Below are positions 13,010 to 26,100 of a stretch of 64,000 nucleotides of DNA, piece after piece. Positions within the stretch are counted from its first letter, which is position 1, and each line of letters begins with the position of its first letter. A program made the position numbers and the translations under genes. The notes below the pieces were generated by a model. That model was not told where the DNA came from, did no database searches, and saw nothing but the letters and a program-made list of their open reading frames with translations. This DNA comes from Lingula anatina (taxonomy: Eukaryota > Animalia > Brachiopoda), in contig CM120640.1 of NCBI GenBank assembly GCA_051362555.1, positions 62,288,788 through 62,352,787 on the forward strand, given 5' to 3'.

Positions 13010-16000
13010 GTAAGTACAGCTTATCAAGACACCAATAGTAAAATTAGATACACTGATTTAATACATATCCAAGTCAGATTTTTTTTCATTGCTATGTAAT
13101 TGGTGTTAACCTTACCATGCTGCAATATCAGGACCAATAAGAAGTAGCAAGTCTGACTTAAATCCCAGATCAAAGGAAAGATTTGCTATTTATGATTAGG
13201 ACGGTTCTTACCTGCACTTGACACAACAGTTGCCAGGCTAATTGAAAACTCTTGTTTAATTAATATCTGTAGATGTATAGGACGCCAGTGGTAGGTAATG
13301 ATTTATTACCTGTATGTATATATGAGACACATTCAGAACTGATCTCACTTCAATTTATTGAATTTAGTTCAACTAATATCACCAAACAGCCGATTGCTTT
13401 GTATAGAAATTCTAATTCTAATGCTTGATTGGGTCTTTTTGATTAGAGTCTTTATGGCATCTCGTTTCTCTGCAAAAATATCAGTTGAACCATTACTGGT
13501 TATAGTTAGACATGCACTTAAACATAAGTTCCAGATTTGATACTAAGGTACCATGTGTGTATGTAAACTAACGCGGAGGTTACTTAAAGACCAGCATGAT
13601 CAAAGCAGAACAGGTGATGTTCATGGGACATTAAACCCTCTATGTAATCAGCAGCACCTTTGAATTTACAACTCCCAGGCTTAATCACTCATGAAACACA
13701 GAGCCAGAAGCATCAATGAACTGGATACCATTGCTTAATTGGGCTAAAAGATGTTACACAGCATTGCAGTGTGTTAGAGCATCGTTCATAAATCCTGGAC
13801 TTAAATAGGCAGAGAAGGGCGGCATTTTGACTCTCTTTGAGAAGAATTAGTCAACAGTTGTTGCCATTGTTCACCCTCTTAAGGTATTTGTTTGGTATTG
13901 TAGACTCAAGGCAAAAGGTTGAAAAGGCTTTTGTGTTGTTATAGGACTGGAGGGGGGAAATGCCACAACCTTCATTGCATATGTAGAAAAAAGTTGACCA
14001 CTTGAGTCTACTGCTTATTTGCTAATCCCTCTGAATCCTGTCAATATTTGGCCTGCAACCCAGGGGATGGATGCAATGACACTGCATTATATCACAAAAT
14101 GTGGTTACATCAAGTGTCTGGGCCTGATTGCCTGTCAATAATATATACAAAATCCTGAAATATTTTTAAAAGGTTTATCCTCTACATTGAGTGTTAAATC
14201 ACTTTTGAACATTAGAGCAAAATAGGAAATTAAACCCTGGCGTCCTTGGAGAATTTCATAGCCTTTCACCCATGTCTCTGATTGCGTGATATAATAAGTA
14301 GAGTACAAACAAGGAATAGCTGTTGTTAAATCACCCATTTGACACCAGTACAAGACAGCCCTTGAAGAATAGGTGAGAGTAGCTCCTTGCTTGCATACCA
14401 AAAAGATCAGGTGGAGTTTCCTAGATATCACGCTGTTTAGTTTGAGTCTAAAAAACATCACTTGTTTGAAATATCACAACTTTGCACACATTTAAGGGCA
14501 TTGCAAGACAATTTTTTACAACATTTTGACTTTTATTTCCTTTTTATCAATACATTCCTTTTCCAGGGAGGGGGAACCATCGTGGCCTCGTTTTCAGATC
14601 ATTCCCTGTTACCAGAGGAGGCGGAGGCGTACTTCATATTTCAAGGGTCATCACAGCGTCACATCTGTGTAGGACAGCGGATTAACCCTCCCACATTAGA
14701 GGCAGTAATTCCAGGTCTGTACCAGCACTGTGATTTTTAAGTCAATTGTGATTTAATAGTCTTTTTACTTTGGCATTCTTTAACAGGTAAATTTGTACAA
14801 GTTGAAGAAAACATGCACGTGTTTGCTTTGAGATGGAAACGTGACTTTTTAGGTGTGTGTTGCAGATGATGCCTAAATAAAATATTTGTCGTTGAATTTT
14901 TGGATGCAGGTTTAGAGTCACTTGTCTGGCTTTTGTCTGGAGGTAATTGTTCTTTAAAAAATGATAGATTTTTTGCAAGAACTCATTTCAGATTGCAGAA
15001 AATACCTTGCTACCTTCAGTGGAATTAGTCATCAGATGATGTGAATATTTTCTAACAGTAATTAGGCAGAGGTTCACCTGGCAGTTGGACCTGTCACAGG
15101 ATTTCCCAGGGTACAGCAGCAGGTGTCCTGTACAGCCAGTCACTTTATATCATAACATGATGGGTCTGAGGGCTCTTTTTTATCATTAAGTTTTATGATA
15201 TTAAGCATGTTATTATAAAGCTCCAGAATCAATAACAAGGACATGTAACCAGTTTAACATTTTGAAAATACCTTCCAAGAAAAATTTTGAACCATTTTCA
15301 GAAAGCCATGAAAACTACATTCATCTACCCCTGCTCATCTTTTGGCTAATTCTTTCATTCTCCATTTCTGCAGTATAACATGTTCTTTTCAACCTTTGAA
15401 CAACTGATACTTTAAACCTTCTTGGTGTCTGTAGGGCTACTTTGAATGTTACAGTAGTAATGTTAAAAAAATATGTGAATAATAAACAAGTAATCTTAAA
15501 GGTGTACATACACAAACACTGCTCTATGAAACAAGGTGGAAGCCTATGAGTTGGTGCACAAGTTTCCCTGCATCATTGTCCATTAACCAACTCAAATTTT
15601 GTACACAAATTGTGTTTGTAAACTTATTTGTTCATGATTAGGAATGTTCATGCACTGAGGTTTGACTGCACATTGACTTTCAGAACATACAAAAAAGTCA
15701 CTGACACAAAGTCAATATACTTTAACTAACATGAGTCAATATCTGACCTTTGAGGGTAGTGCCGTTTGCCCAATACAGATCCATGCTTGCTATGTTTTCA
15801 TTGAATACAGTATAATTGATTACTTTTTATTTCAGGGCAGGTAGACTTGACTTACCACTGACACATGTATAGCATTGACAGAGAGCATTGATTTTCTCAG
15901 TTCACTGACTTAAATGTATATGCTATTTAAAGACATCCAAGGCAGGGCAGTTTTATAGGCAGCTGGTCAACTCTTATTTCTGTGGCATTGGTAGAGTAAT

Positions 16001-17124
16001 TACAGAGATTCCTTACAGCTTCTGCCAGTGATAACAGGTTAACTCAGAACGAGTCAATAATATCTATTGTACTTTTGCAGGAATGACAACCTGTTTGCTC
16101 TGTTGAGTATCATGAGCAGCATTCATGAGCAGAGTTTTTACGTAAAATATGGCATTATAACCCTTTCTGCTTTTGATGATATTGAATCATAAGGAAAGGC
16201 AGCGGTAATATTGTTTTGTTAGATGATCATGAATCATGGTGTGCATGGCACACTTGTGATATTGGAGAGGATTACAAGGTATCTCATCTGTGTATGAATA
16301 TTTTATTGTACCATATTTGTTTGCCTCTCATCAAGTGCCTGGCTGATTATTTGGGCAGATCATTATGGCAGGAGTTTCAGGTGAGCCATGTGCATGTTCT
16401 GTTGCAAGTTATTTAAGAGTATTATATATACGTTATAATTACTGACAACATCTTTTCTTCTAGAACACGACAAGTCCGAGGTGGTCCAGCTCAGTATCTG
16501 TTTGTGCCAAAATGGAGAACCCAGCAAGACAATCGCAACAAGTGACTTCCTCTATCTCTATGATTCTGCATACTATATGGCCCAATTTTTAATGGAGAGT
16601 GTGTACAATCCTAATGCACTGGAGAGTTTAGAAGGGATCAAATCTGAACATTTTGACTTGACTAATGAAGTTCTGTCCACATTGGATGACCGGTTGACCA
16701 AGGCCTTTGAGCACTTACATGTACCAGATACTTGGAATTTACTTGGATTTCCTGACGAAGGTATGTTCTTTATACATTTTATATATTAATTGAATGGCTC
16801 GTGATAAAAAAATGTTAGTTCTTCCACTGTGTCTGAAGAAATGTAAATGTAAAATAATACTGGGATTTGATAGAAATGTGTAATGCTGAATAGAACAACA
16901 TGGCATCAGACAGACCAGTCCTACGTAGCACTGGCAAGCATCATTGAGAAATCAATATGGTGAGACACTGGAGTTGGGTGTGGTTAGGACAGTTGATTAC
17001 TCTGATTGTTTGCTTGGTCAAGGTAAATAGTTGCATTGTCTATGGTTGCTGATGAGGTATAGCATTCTGGTTTGTTTACACCTATTTTTGTTTGTTATGT
17101 ATGGTCAGTTGAAACATGCATTAT

Positions 17125-17185
<61 letters not shown>

Positions 17186-20100
17186 TTTTACTTGTTGTTT
17201 TTCTCAAACTATACAGATTGCTAAGAAATTAACTTTCAGCAATGAATAATGTGTCAAAATCTCATAATCTTTCCACACTGTTTGCTTGAGGAGGGCATCC
17301 GAGTAAAAAAGAAAACTTCCTGACTGATGGAAAAGTAATGAGCTACATTTTCGTGTTACTAGTGCCTGTTAATTAGCACCAGTTGGCTGTGGTAAGGCGT
17401 TCTTATTAAAGGGTAGATTGGATTTTTTAGAAAGTTTAAATTCACTTGGTTTATTCTGATATGTACACTGTCGGAAATAAGAACAGGAAAGAGATGTCTT
17501 AAAATGCCGAGTTTTTTCTTTTCTGGGAAAAACTGTATTACGTTAGTTTTTTTATTCCAGTTGTAGACTACATTGAAGACAAGCCCAGCATGTATCTTCA
17601 GCTCAGTCTGTGCTATTGTGTTTCACTGTTTACTCCTGTGGTGTCCAAGGAGTCTGTTCAGGCTGCGGTGGGGTTGAATTGGTCATCTGTGTGTTTAGAC
17701 TACTAAATAACAGCAAGTCTATTCCGATGAAATCTATGTAAGATAAAAGCATTACTATACGGCAGACGTGGGTTTATTGAGCAGGAAATGTCCAAGGCTA
17801 AATGGTGTCTGTGAGTGTGGAGGATGAGGTAACACTAAGATCCTATCACTTCATGTCACAGGCATCAATATCTTTTCCCCTGATCACGTCTCATAGACCT
17901 GGGCCCTGTAACTCGAAAGCATTGCGCTTTGCAGCTGAGCGCAAGCGTCTCGATTCCATAACTCACCCATACTCGCCCCATATAATACACTGTAGCCTCT
18001 TTGTGATATCGCTATTCTCAATATGCAATGCTTTGAGTTGGGGGGGGGGGGGGCTGATTGATCTGAACAGCTGAGCTGCGATTTAGTTTTATTTCAGTTT
18101 TAAGTTGGAGCTGGTCTGAACAGACCTCTACTAGAAAGAAAAAAGTTGTTACTCCGCAGACACCTGGTGTTTATAGTATCTTCAATGAGGAGTATCATTA
18201 CAACTTGAAGCCAGTAGCTCCCAGAGTGAAACCAGAGGAAACGAGCTGATATTTCAGAACTAGGTTTAAAATTGTCTGTGAAGGCTATAGGTACAGTACA
18301 GGAAGTTGGCTGTTCTTTTAAGGTCCTTAAAGGTGTCTGGGGTGGAAATGAACAGGAAAACCAGGGAGTAAACATTTCAGGAAATTTTGGAATTTGACAA
18401 ATTTGTAAAATCTGATCTAAACTTAAAAGAATTAGAGAGATTTGTTAGTTGTGTAGTGAGTAACCATAATCAGCAGGAGACGCTGAAATTCTCACTTTAG
18501 GGTAAGCCCTCAGGTTATATTGGAATATTTGTATGTCCAAAAAGATAATTGTTAACTGAAAATAAGTGTGATTATTGATCTTGAAGATGTAGATGGTTTA
18601 TTAGGCAAAACCAATCTCTTTCAGTACAGTCAAATGCTTATGAGATAATTTAGATTGTCTACAGAAAATGTGAAATATTTCTTTATTAGCCCTCGATTTT
18701 AATTGATTTGATAAGAAATGCTATTTGACTGAAACAGATAACATGCTCTAGTAATTCCAGAATGTGATCACTGTCTGGTTATTAGGTAACCATTTCTTAC
18801 TTATAGAGAGTTTTGGCAAGGCCTTCCGTATGACGTGTAACGTATAGTTCAATACGTAATACGTTTTACGTACGCGAAAAAGCTAGCAGTGGTTTTGGCA
18901 GGTCTGGCTCCGTATGCAGACATGGGGCTGCTTGTGGATTCTTTTTAGATAGATGAATAATTAAGATGATGAATGGAATGTGTTATTTACGTCAATTGAT
19001 GCCGCAGATCCTGTTGTTTATGAAAAAAAATCAACTTAAATTGAATTTGATACTACTACGGACGACTGATTGACTGGCTGTTTTTTCAGCTGTTTTCACA
19101 GAGTATTTCTACCGACAGCGTCTTAAAGTGATTCAGTGGAATCTTAACACCCTATATATTCCTCTGCAATATGTTAAACTTGAAAGAAATAAGCGTAAAT
19201 CTATTAAATTCGATACGTTTCTTACCTACGTGTAATCACCGATTCATACGTAGTGCCGTATGACTTATGACTTGTCCTTGAGAAAAACTACGCACAAAGT
19301 GATGACGTCGCACGTTATACGTCGTACGGAAGGCCTTGCCAAAACTCTCTATTATGTTAGTGAGGTGTCAACAGTTTGATGAGTCATAGGTAAGGTCATT
19401 GGTACCAGATCTGGCAGATTGGTCTGTCACTTTGGGCCCCCAGGCTTTGGGAATGTACAGTCACGTTCTGTCTGCCCAGTGTATAATGTGCGTCTGTGCA
19501 TGTTTTTTAACCAGTGGGTCTTCTGAATGTTTAGATGAGAAATGTTTTTCCTGCTGGGTGTTTCTTGATAAGCTACTAAGATAATCAGAAGTCTTGTGTT
19601 CTTTGTGGTTTTTACCAGAGCTCAGTGGTCATTATGGACTTTAGAAATTACCCTTTGCAATGTCTGCTAATTGTGCCCAGTTTTTCAGCCTAAGTTGGTC
19701 AAATTAGTGGTATTTCTTTGTTTCTAAACTGATATATTGAAAAGTAAAAATGATTGAATCCCATTTTGGAAACCAAGACATAAGAAAAACCTTCATGCAA
19801 AGGCAGTAGTTCACTTGGACATCAGATCCATAGTCCATCTAAAGATAAATAAATGTTTAAGAGCTGGTTTACGCAATAGGTTTGCATTTCATTTCGCATG
19901 AAAAGACTTAAGAGTCAAAATGGAGGAATTGTTTGTCTGGAGGGTAGAATATCCAGGTTGTACATAGTCCAATCACATCTTTGGTGAAGGGTCACAGTGT
20001 GACATAATTATAATAGCAAGGAGCATGTTCTGTCAACCATAGTAATTCAAAGTGACCATGAAATAGGAAAAGGCACACAATAATAAGAAGGTCATCTGGG

Positions 20101-23100
20101 GCTGCCAGAAGAATTTCTTAGTAATATTATATAGTTAAGTGTAGGGTAGGCACTGTGGACTTTTGCTCTTTCTCATTTTCTTTTCTCGTAAAGGACCAGT
20201 AGAACCAAGGTCAGGCTATGTCATATGAATATGATGTAGAATGTTTGAGGCGCCTGCTTTGGACTTTTATACATCCTCATTTTCTTTTATTTTCTTTCCT
20301 TGACTCACACAGAACCAAGGCCGAGAGAGACCCTGCTGCATTTCAGTGCTCGTCTGGGACTGAAACAGTTCACCACATTCCTGTTGGATAAGCCTGGCAG
20401 TGAGGATGCACTGCAGCTGCCTAACAGACAGAACAAGCTTCCAAGAGATTTAGCTCAGGAATCAGACATGGAGGGATTTGCAGACTTATTTACTGAGTAA
20501 GTACACAAATGTATAATAATAATATTGATAAAAATATATGCAGACATATAATTGAATTGTGCAATTGGTGTGTTTGGTTATTTATCATATTTGTTATTGG
20601 CAGGTCATGATTCACTGTTTTCATGATGGAATCAGGAGTTCATTGATTGAAAATGAAAAATTGTTCTTTGGCATGCAGTCTACCATTCATAAGTAATTAA
20701 CTTCCAAGAATGCCCAAGCAGGGCTATGCTATAATTCAATTAGAATTATGAAAAAGTTTAATTTAGAGAAAGACGAGTCTGCAAGTATTTCACACAGTCT
20801 TGAATGAAGGTTAGATATAATACAAATATACATGCAGTTCATAGTTTATATATGGACACATTGTGTTTTTCTAGTGCTTCCCATTCATCACTGAGGATTT
20901 GCAGAAATTAGAATGGGGACATAAAGCAAATCCCTAATGTGCCCTGAATTCTCACAATGACTTCATCATGTAGATGTTGTTGAAAATAGATTCCAACTGA
21001 TTGTGTGTTTGATGAGTCTACAAAGCAGACTTAGCTTCATATTCTGGCTGGTTTTGTTGGACTTGGACAGAAAGTCAACACAGCTTTCACATCAGTATTT
21101 ACTGTGTAAATTCCCACCCATGAATATTCCAGCCATTAATACAATTGCTATAAATCACTCAGTCTTACAGATCTCCTTTTGTGTTTTTTCGAGCATGCAT
21201 TAGAAATGTGCTGCACATGTGATTGAGAAAAAATATTATGTTAAAAGCATTTGCCTGAAAATGAGTGCCTCTACTCCAGGAAGAGCAGAAAAAAAGAAAA
21301 AGTTTTTGTTACTGCAGCAGCTTTCCTTTAAATGACACTGAGTGAAAAGTTAAAAGATACCACTGGTGAATTTAGATGTTCAGGTACTGATATGACAGAG
21401 ATATGCAATTAGTCTTTGTTAATGTATAATGAGTTCTTGTCTATGTCAGGCCAGAGGACATCCCATACATAGAAATGCAATTGATATTAATGCAAAATGA
21501 AATATTGATGATTGGACTTGTTTTCCCAATTATTATGAATTGGATGTAAGGTTCCTTAAAGTATGATCTCCAGAAAAATTTTTGCTTGAGAAATGACCTT
21601 AATCTGAGGACCAGTGATGCAAGGGAAAGTGGGTGGTTCCTGAGAAGTAATTCAGATTCATTACCAGGTTAATACTAGAATATTCCAGATGGTTTTGATA
21701 AAAAATGACCACCTTTAATCCTTATCATGCAAATGAATAATTAAGCACAGTATCCCACAGTGTTATACTGACTTGTAATTACCTAGCTTAGTAAGTATAG
21801 AGGTAGTGCGCAAATCTAGAACTCTTTTACCTGTACAAAGGTGCTACATACTTGTCAAATACGGTGGATGTATAAGGAATGGTTTTTCAATAGATTGCGG
21901 GTGAAAATAATATTCTATAGGTCTCCAGAGACAAGAACAAGCAAAGGCAAAAGGAATTTTACCAGAGATATTGGAAGTGAAACAAGAAGTATTAAGGGAA
22001 ATTTACTGAGGATTTTTAATATTGTGATGAATCTTATTTGGAAGATGAAGACAATATTGTAAATACACATAAATGGATGAAGGATGTATCATTACTCAGA
22101 ACAGAAATATCTAGGGATTTATTCCACACCAAATATATATTCCTGTGGAAGCATTATTACTGGGTAAGTGGAAGCTCTATAAGTGTATTTGCTCTCTGGT
22201 CTGATTAATTTGTGGACCAGTTGAGGTAGTTTTGGACTGATGGTTTTTGTTTCCATGGAGTCATTTAATGAGGTAAGTATGCTTCAGTCTTCTGCTATAT
22301 AATTATGCAGTTCTTCTAGTTTGTATAGACTGCTATATATATATATATACATCCTCTGCTCCCAGCCATCAAAAAGTACTGCAAATTCTTATCAAGTACA
22401 TAAAAAAATTCAGGTGCTAGTATATATATGTGTGTTTACAAAAAGTTTTTGGTTCAGTTTTGTGTATAAAACTTAGGAGGACACTTTTAAAAGAAGACAT
22501 ATAAGTCATAGGTGGTCTTAACTGAAATTCTCCAGATTAAAAGACAAACTGAGGCTACTTTGTAAACAAATCAAAATGTACAAAAAAAAAACAAGAAAAT
22601 GTTGATGATAAGCCACTGCTGTGTTGATACCTACCACCACTGAATGATTTATATTACGATATACTGAAATTAAGAAACTATATTTTAGGAGTCTTCAATA
22701 CCTGTGCACTTTCCAAGATTATAGTAAAGGTATCCTATCTGGGATATTCCAGTCAAATCCAATTTTCCTTGAAAGAAAATTAATTTACTCCTCACAAATC
22801 ATTGCTCAACCTATTTCTTTTCTTGAGTTTGATGTTATATTCCATATTTATTTAAATTTAGTTCTAAATGTTTCCCATAACTTTAAGACTGCCATGACTT
22901 CCTGTAGCTCAACATGCCAACTATCTAAGTTTTCACATTGTCCAAATCATTGATGAGTAAGCCATTTTACTTGATAGGTGCTTGGGAATTTAGGATAAAC
23001 TTGAGTTCAGATTTCAAGTCCATTCCCTTCAGTGATGCTCTTTTTGATCCATTCTTGTGCTTTCCCACTTAAAGAAACTGAAAAATCTTTACTTCTCTTT

Positions 23101-26100
23101 TTATGAAAACTAAGGTGGTCAGATGAAGAGTGTATAGTTAGAACCAGAATTCCCAATGTTACTGGTTCACTAAACATGTTCTCTAAACTGTTTTTATAAT
23201 GGCGGCATTTTTAAATGGGTTGTTTCTCTTTTCCATTCCAGTTACAATAAACATGATATAGTTCAGTGGGATACAGGCCGAGTGCAGACACAGTCCACTC
23301 TGTTCAGGAGACATGAGCATGGAGGGGCCACTGTCAGTAGGAATGTCAGGGAATCCATGAAATCTGTTGGTGAGTACACTGAATCTATGAGAGCCAGGCT
23401 CACCTGAGCTTATTTTTTTATGCAAAAGTGATTTTGAGATATCAGATTGGTATGGGTTCTGATCGAGTCTATTCAAGAATTCCCTATATATAAAGGGTGA
23501 GTTCAACTTAAACTTGTTTTGAAAAGATTGCAAAATTAAAGTTTGTATATATGGGTAAATGGATTAGGTTGTTGCAATGTATTGGAAGTAGATTTATAAG
23601 TTGATTGTGATGGAATTTGTGTATCGTAAATAATTTGAACTTGAACTTTGCAACTTGCTGCGTTGGCCTGGTCTTATGTAAGTAGGCAGAATTATTAATT
23701 ATTATGACCTTAAATCCTATGTGAGCAGCTCTGGTGATTTATAAATGTGTTTTTAACTGGGCACTGTTTTTGTGTCCAGGTAAGGTCTTACGTTATGACA
23801 CAGATTACTTCAAGATTGGCAATATAAAATCACTGTGGTGACTGGTGTACTACTTTGTATACAGGGTAATAGCCATATACTGATCCTATATATCTATAGT
23901 GGAGACACGCCAGCCTCATTCTGCCAGAGATTGCAGTAGGTGTGCTGTGGTAGGTGTCACAGTCACATGCTAAATAAAACACAGCAGACAGGTGCCTGTA
24001 GAATTTTCTGAAAGGAAGTAAACTAAATGGCCCTCCCAAACTATTCAACAGCTTTACTGCTATTTCCACAGGTTTTTATAGTTCTTCTGCTGCCTCTGCA
24101 CACCTTACAAATTTCCACACAACCCACCAATATTCTGGACAACACTACTAACATATTTCGATTCTGTACGTGCATGCAGGTTTCCAACTCGGTATATCTG
24201 ACTAGGGCCAGCAAATGAAATATTTGCTGATTGCAAAAGATATAAACATTGACATTGACTAAGAAGATTAAAGAATAAACTGGGGGGGGGGGGGGGGGGG
24301 TATATATATAAGTGGTTTCATGGGAAATTCAGAACTTGTGCTGAAATAATATATGCTAGTGTGATCCATGAAAATATAGAGTAATACAAATATTTGAACA
24401 AAGAGAGAGGTAAGCATCCACATGTGTGAGCTGATCTTTTACTTGTGGTTTGAGCAGTCTGTTGCCTAATGTATGATAGTGAAAACTTATTTGTTGGCAA
24501 TACCATCTGCTTTGGTTCTATATATTATCTCCTTAATCCCAGGGGAATTGATGTTAGTTCTTTTGGGGAAAAACTATGGGCATTCTGTTCAATAACAAAA
24601 CTCTGGTATCTCAATTTCAGTCCAATATGGAATGTGAATAACATAATTACAATAATAATAGTAAAAACACATAGTACTTGACATAGATATATAAGAGATA
24701 GGAGCTTTAACATAACCAGTCTTTCTACGTTAAATTTCAGTATTTTACTGCTTATATGAGTAAGGTATTATTAGAACATATGGAATTATAGAGATTTCAT
24801 CAAAAGAAAATATTGAATTTTGGCCACGTCTGGATGTTATGCTGTTGGGAAGAGGAGGCAGGTGTTTCCTGCCTTTCACCTTAGGCATTACTTGTCATGA
24901 GGCTTAGCTTGCCCAGCTATTTACACACGCCTTTGACTCTGAAAAAAATAAAAATTGTAATTCTACACGGTGTACAGAGGACAATATGGCACCACGTAGA
25001 CACATTCTACCCAGGCTCAGTGGAGAATGAAATCCTCTGTTTGTCTGTCCATTGTGCTTGTTATTTACCTGCATTGATGCTATCTAAACAACAGTGGACT
25101 GAGAATAATCAGCAGGTTAGACTGTGTTAGTGACTCGAGGGGCTCCGGTGCAGTGTGGCAGTGGCTGCAGTACAGTCTACCAGCCAGCCAGTCAGTCAGT
25201 CAATACAAAGTAGAGGAGTGTGTGACTGCCATATATAACAGCCTAGTCTGTGGTAGTTGATCTAGGAGGGGGAAGTAAAGATGGTGATCAGATAAATCTC
25301 CTCTGTGATGCATAATATTCCTGACAGAAGCGTCATCAAGTCATGCTACAGGACCCTATCCACTAGTTGACTAGCTCACCTGGATGGAGGAATTCTCAGA
25401 GTTGTCACCTGTTTGGTTAAGTCAGGAGCGTAGGTGTGCCCAAGTAACCTGTCATCCCTGAGCCGAGCAAAAACTGCCATTTCATTCTTTAAGCACAGCA
25501 CTCTCTAGTCACTGTAACGGATAGCTAAATAGCATGTGCTTTATTTTTCTGGATTGGATTTAATTGCGAACGTTGTCTGCACTCAACAGGCTGTTTGATG
25601 AACAATTACACCTACGCAGATAAAGTAATACTTGATGTAGAGCTGCGGCGGGGAAGCTAGATTAGCTAGGGTTTTGCAGGAAGTCATTGGATTTTAATAC
25701 ATAATAACCGAGTTGGGCTGAGACATTTTAAGGTCTGGATGTATAGACTCAACAACCGACAACTGATAAAGAAATACTTGCTGTTGAATATAACATGGAT
25801 GCTGATATAGGAGCCAGTAGTAGTGGGGATGACGATGTTTTTGACTCTGGAGGTGGGTAGATAATGCTTTTGTAATAAACCATCAAATGAACAGCAGTTT
25901 GTCCACACATACACATACATGCACATTTATTGATTTAAAAGCGAGGTGGCTTGCACACATCAACACTGTATACTCATATCAGTTATATAGGGCTGATCTG
26001 TTTTGGTGTGGCATTTAGATTACACAGAATCTTCTAGTTTCTAGAGAACATGAAATTTTGTCCACAGATCATAACAGTAGCATATTTGTAGTTCATCGTT

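Noticed and set aside
15820-15846. Strong acceptor followed by GGCAG|gtagac as a 5-nt microexon
   Set aside because: It would shift the frame between two exons whose direct join matches the family alignment.
21841-22062. ORF ending ...NLIWKMKT as an L1/Tx1 fragment
   Set aside because: Only one loose motif is visible, which is not enough evidence.
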